Source: Utricularia gibba (taxonomy: Eukaryota; Plantae; Magnoliophyta). From it: a stretch of 64,000 bases of DNA. Below the pieces are notes generated by a model. It was given only the letters and a program-made list of their open reading frames with translations, was not told the origin of the DNA and searched no databases. Positions 63,869 through 64,000 of the stretch are shown here, piece after piece. The stretch spans positions 3,348,001 through 3,412,000 of the forward strand of contig CM007989.1 in assembly GCA_002189035.1 (NCBI GenBank). Direction: 5' to 3'. Positions within the stretch are counted from its first letter, which is position 1, and each line of letters opens with the position of its first letter. The translations under genes were made by a program, and so were the position numbers.

Positions 63869-64000
63869 GGCTTCGTTATCCGGTAACCTTTTCTTGTGCT
63901 TGTCGCAAAAAAATCAGCGGGCTGCGGAGGTTTTAGAGAAGTGAGCGAGGAGTAGATAATACGAAATATGAGGCCAGGGGATTTTTTTAATTAAAAATAT

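Overview
Gene-dense nuclear DNA of a eudicot plant: spliceosomal GT-AG introns and 18 recognisable protein-coding genes in 64 kb. Gene order: NAD-malic enzyme (-), DGD2 (+), DYW-PPR (-), PP2-A F-box (-), PMT15-like methyltransferase (+), ARM-repeat protein (-), RS40/41-like splicing factor (-), type-B-ARR-like GARP factor (-), GEN1 (-), UTR2/4-like nucleotide-sugar transporter (+), VIT/CCC1 transporter (+), class I TCP (+), URT1 (-), FLA8/10 (+), clade-A AHL (-), a head-to-head LBD18/30-LBD19/31 pair, and plastid transketolase (-). I found no rRNA, tRNA, CRISPR array or autonomous transposon, only short MITE-like remnants. I could not support a wholly new multi-gene system. Best leads: (1) an RS40/41-type splicing factor that keeps both RRMs but has lost its RS domain and needs a weak GC donor; (2) a receiver-less type-B-ARR-like GARP gene with a Cys-rich micro-exon, 287 bp behind the GEN1 stop; (3) a DGD2 whose usual ATG is GTG; (4) an orphan site-II plus telobox promoter pointing antisense into the LBD31-like gene; (5) dense TCP-binding-site clusters around the TCP gene itself; (6) an unannotated spliced-looking unit upstream of URT1. 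Six single-base losses at G/C runs break five otherwise intact genes; these are most likely consensus errors and should be resolved before any gene-loss claim. Family assignments come from recalled protein sequences, not from database searches.
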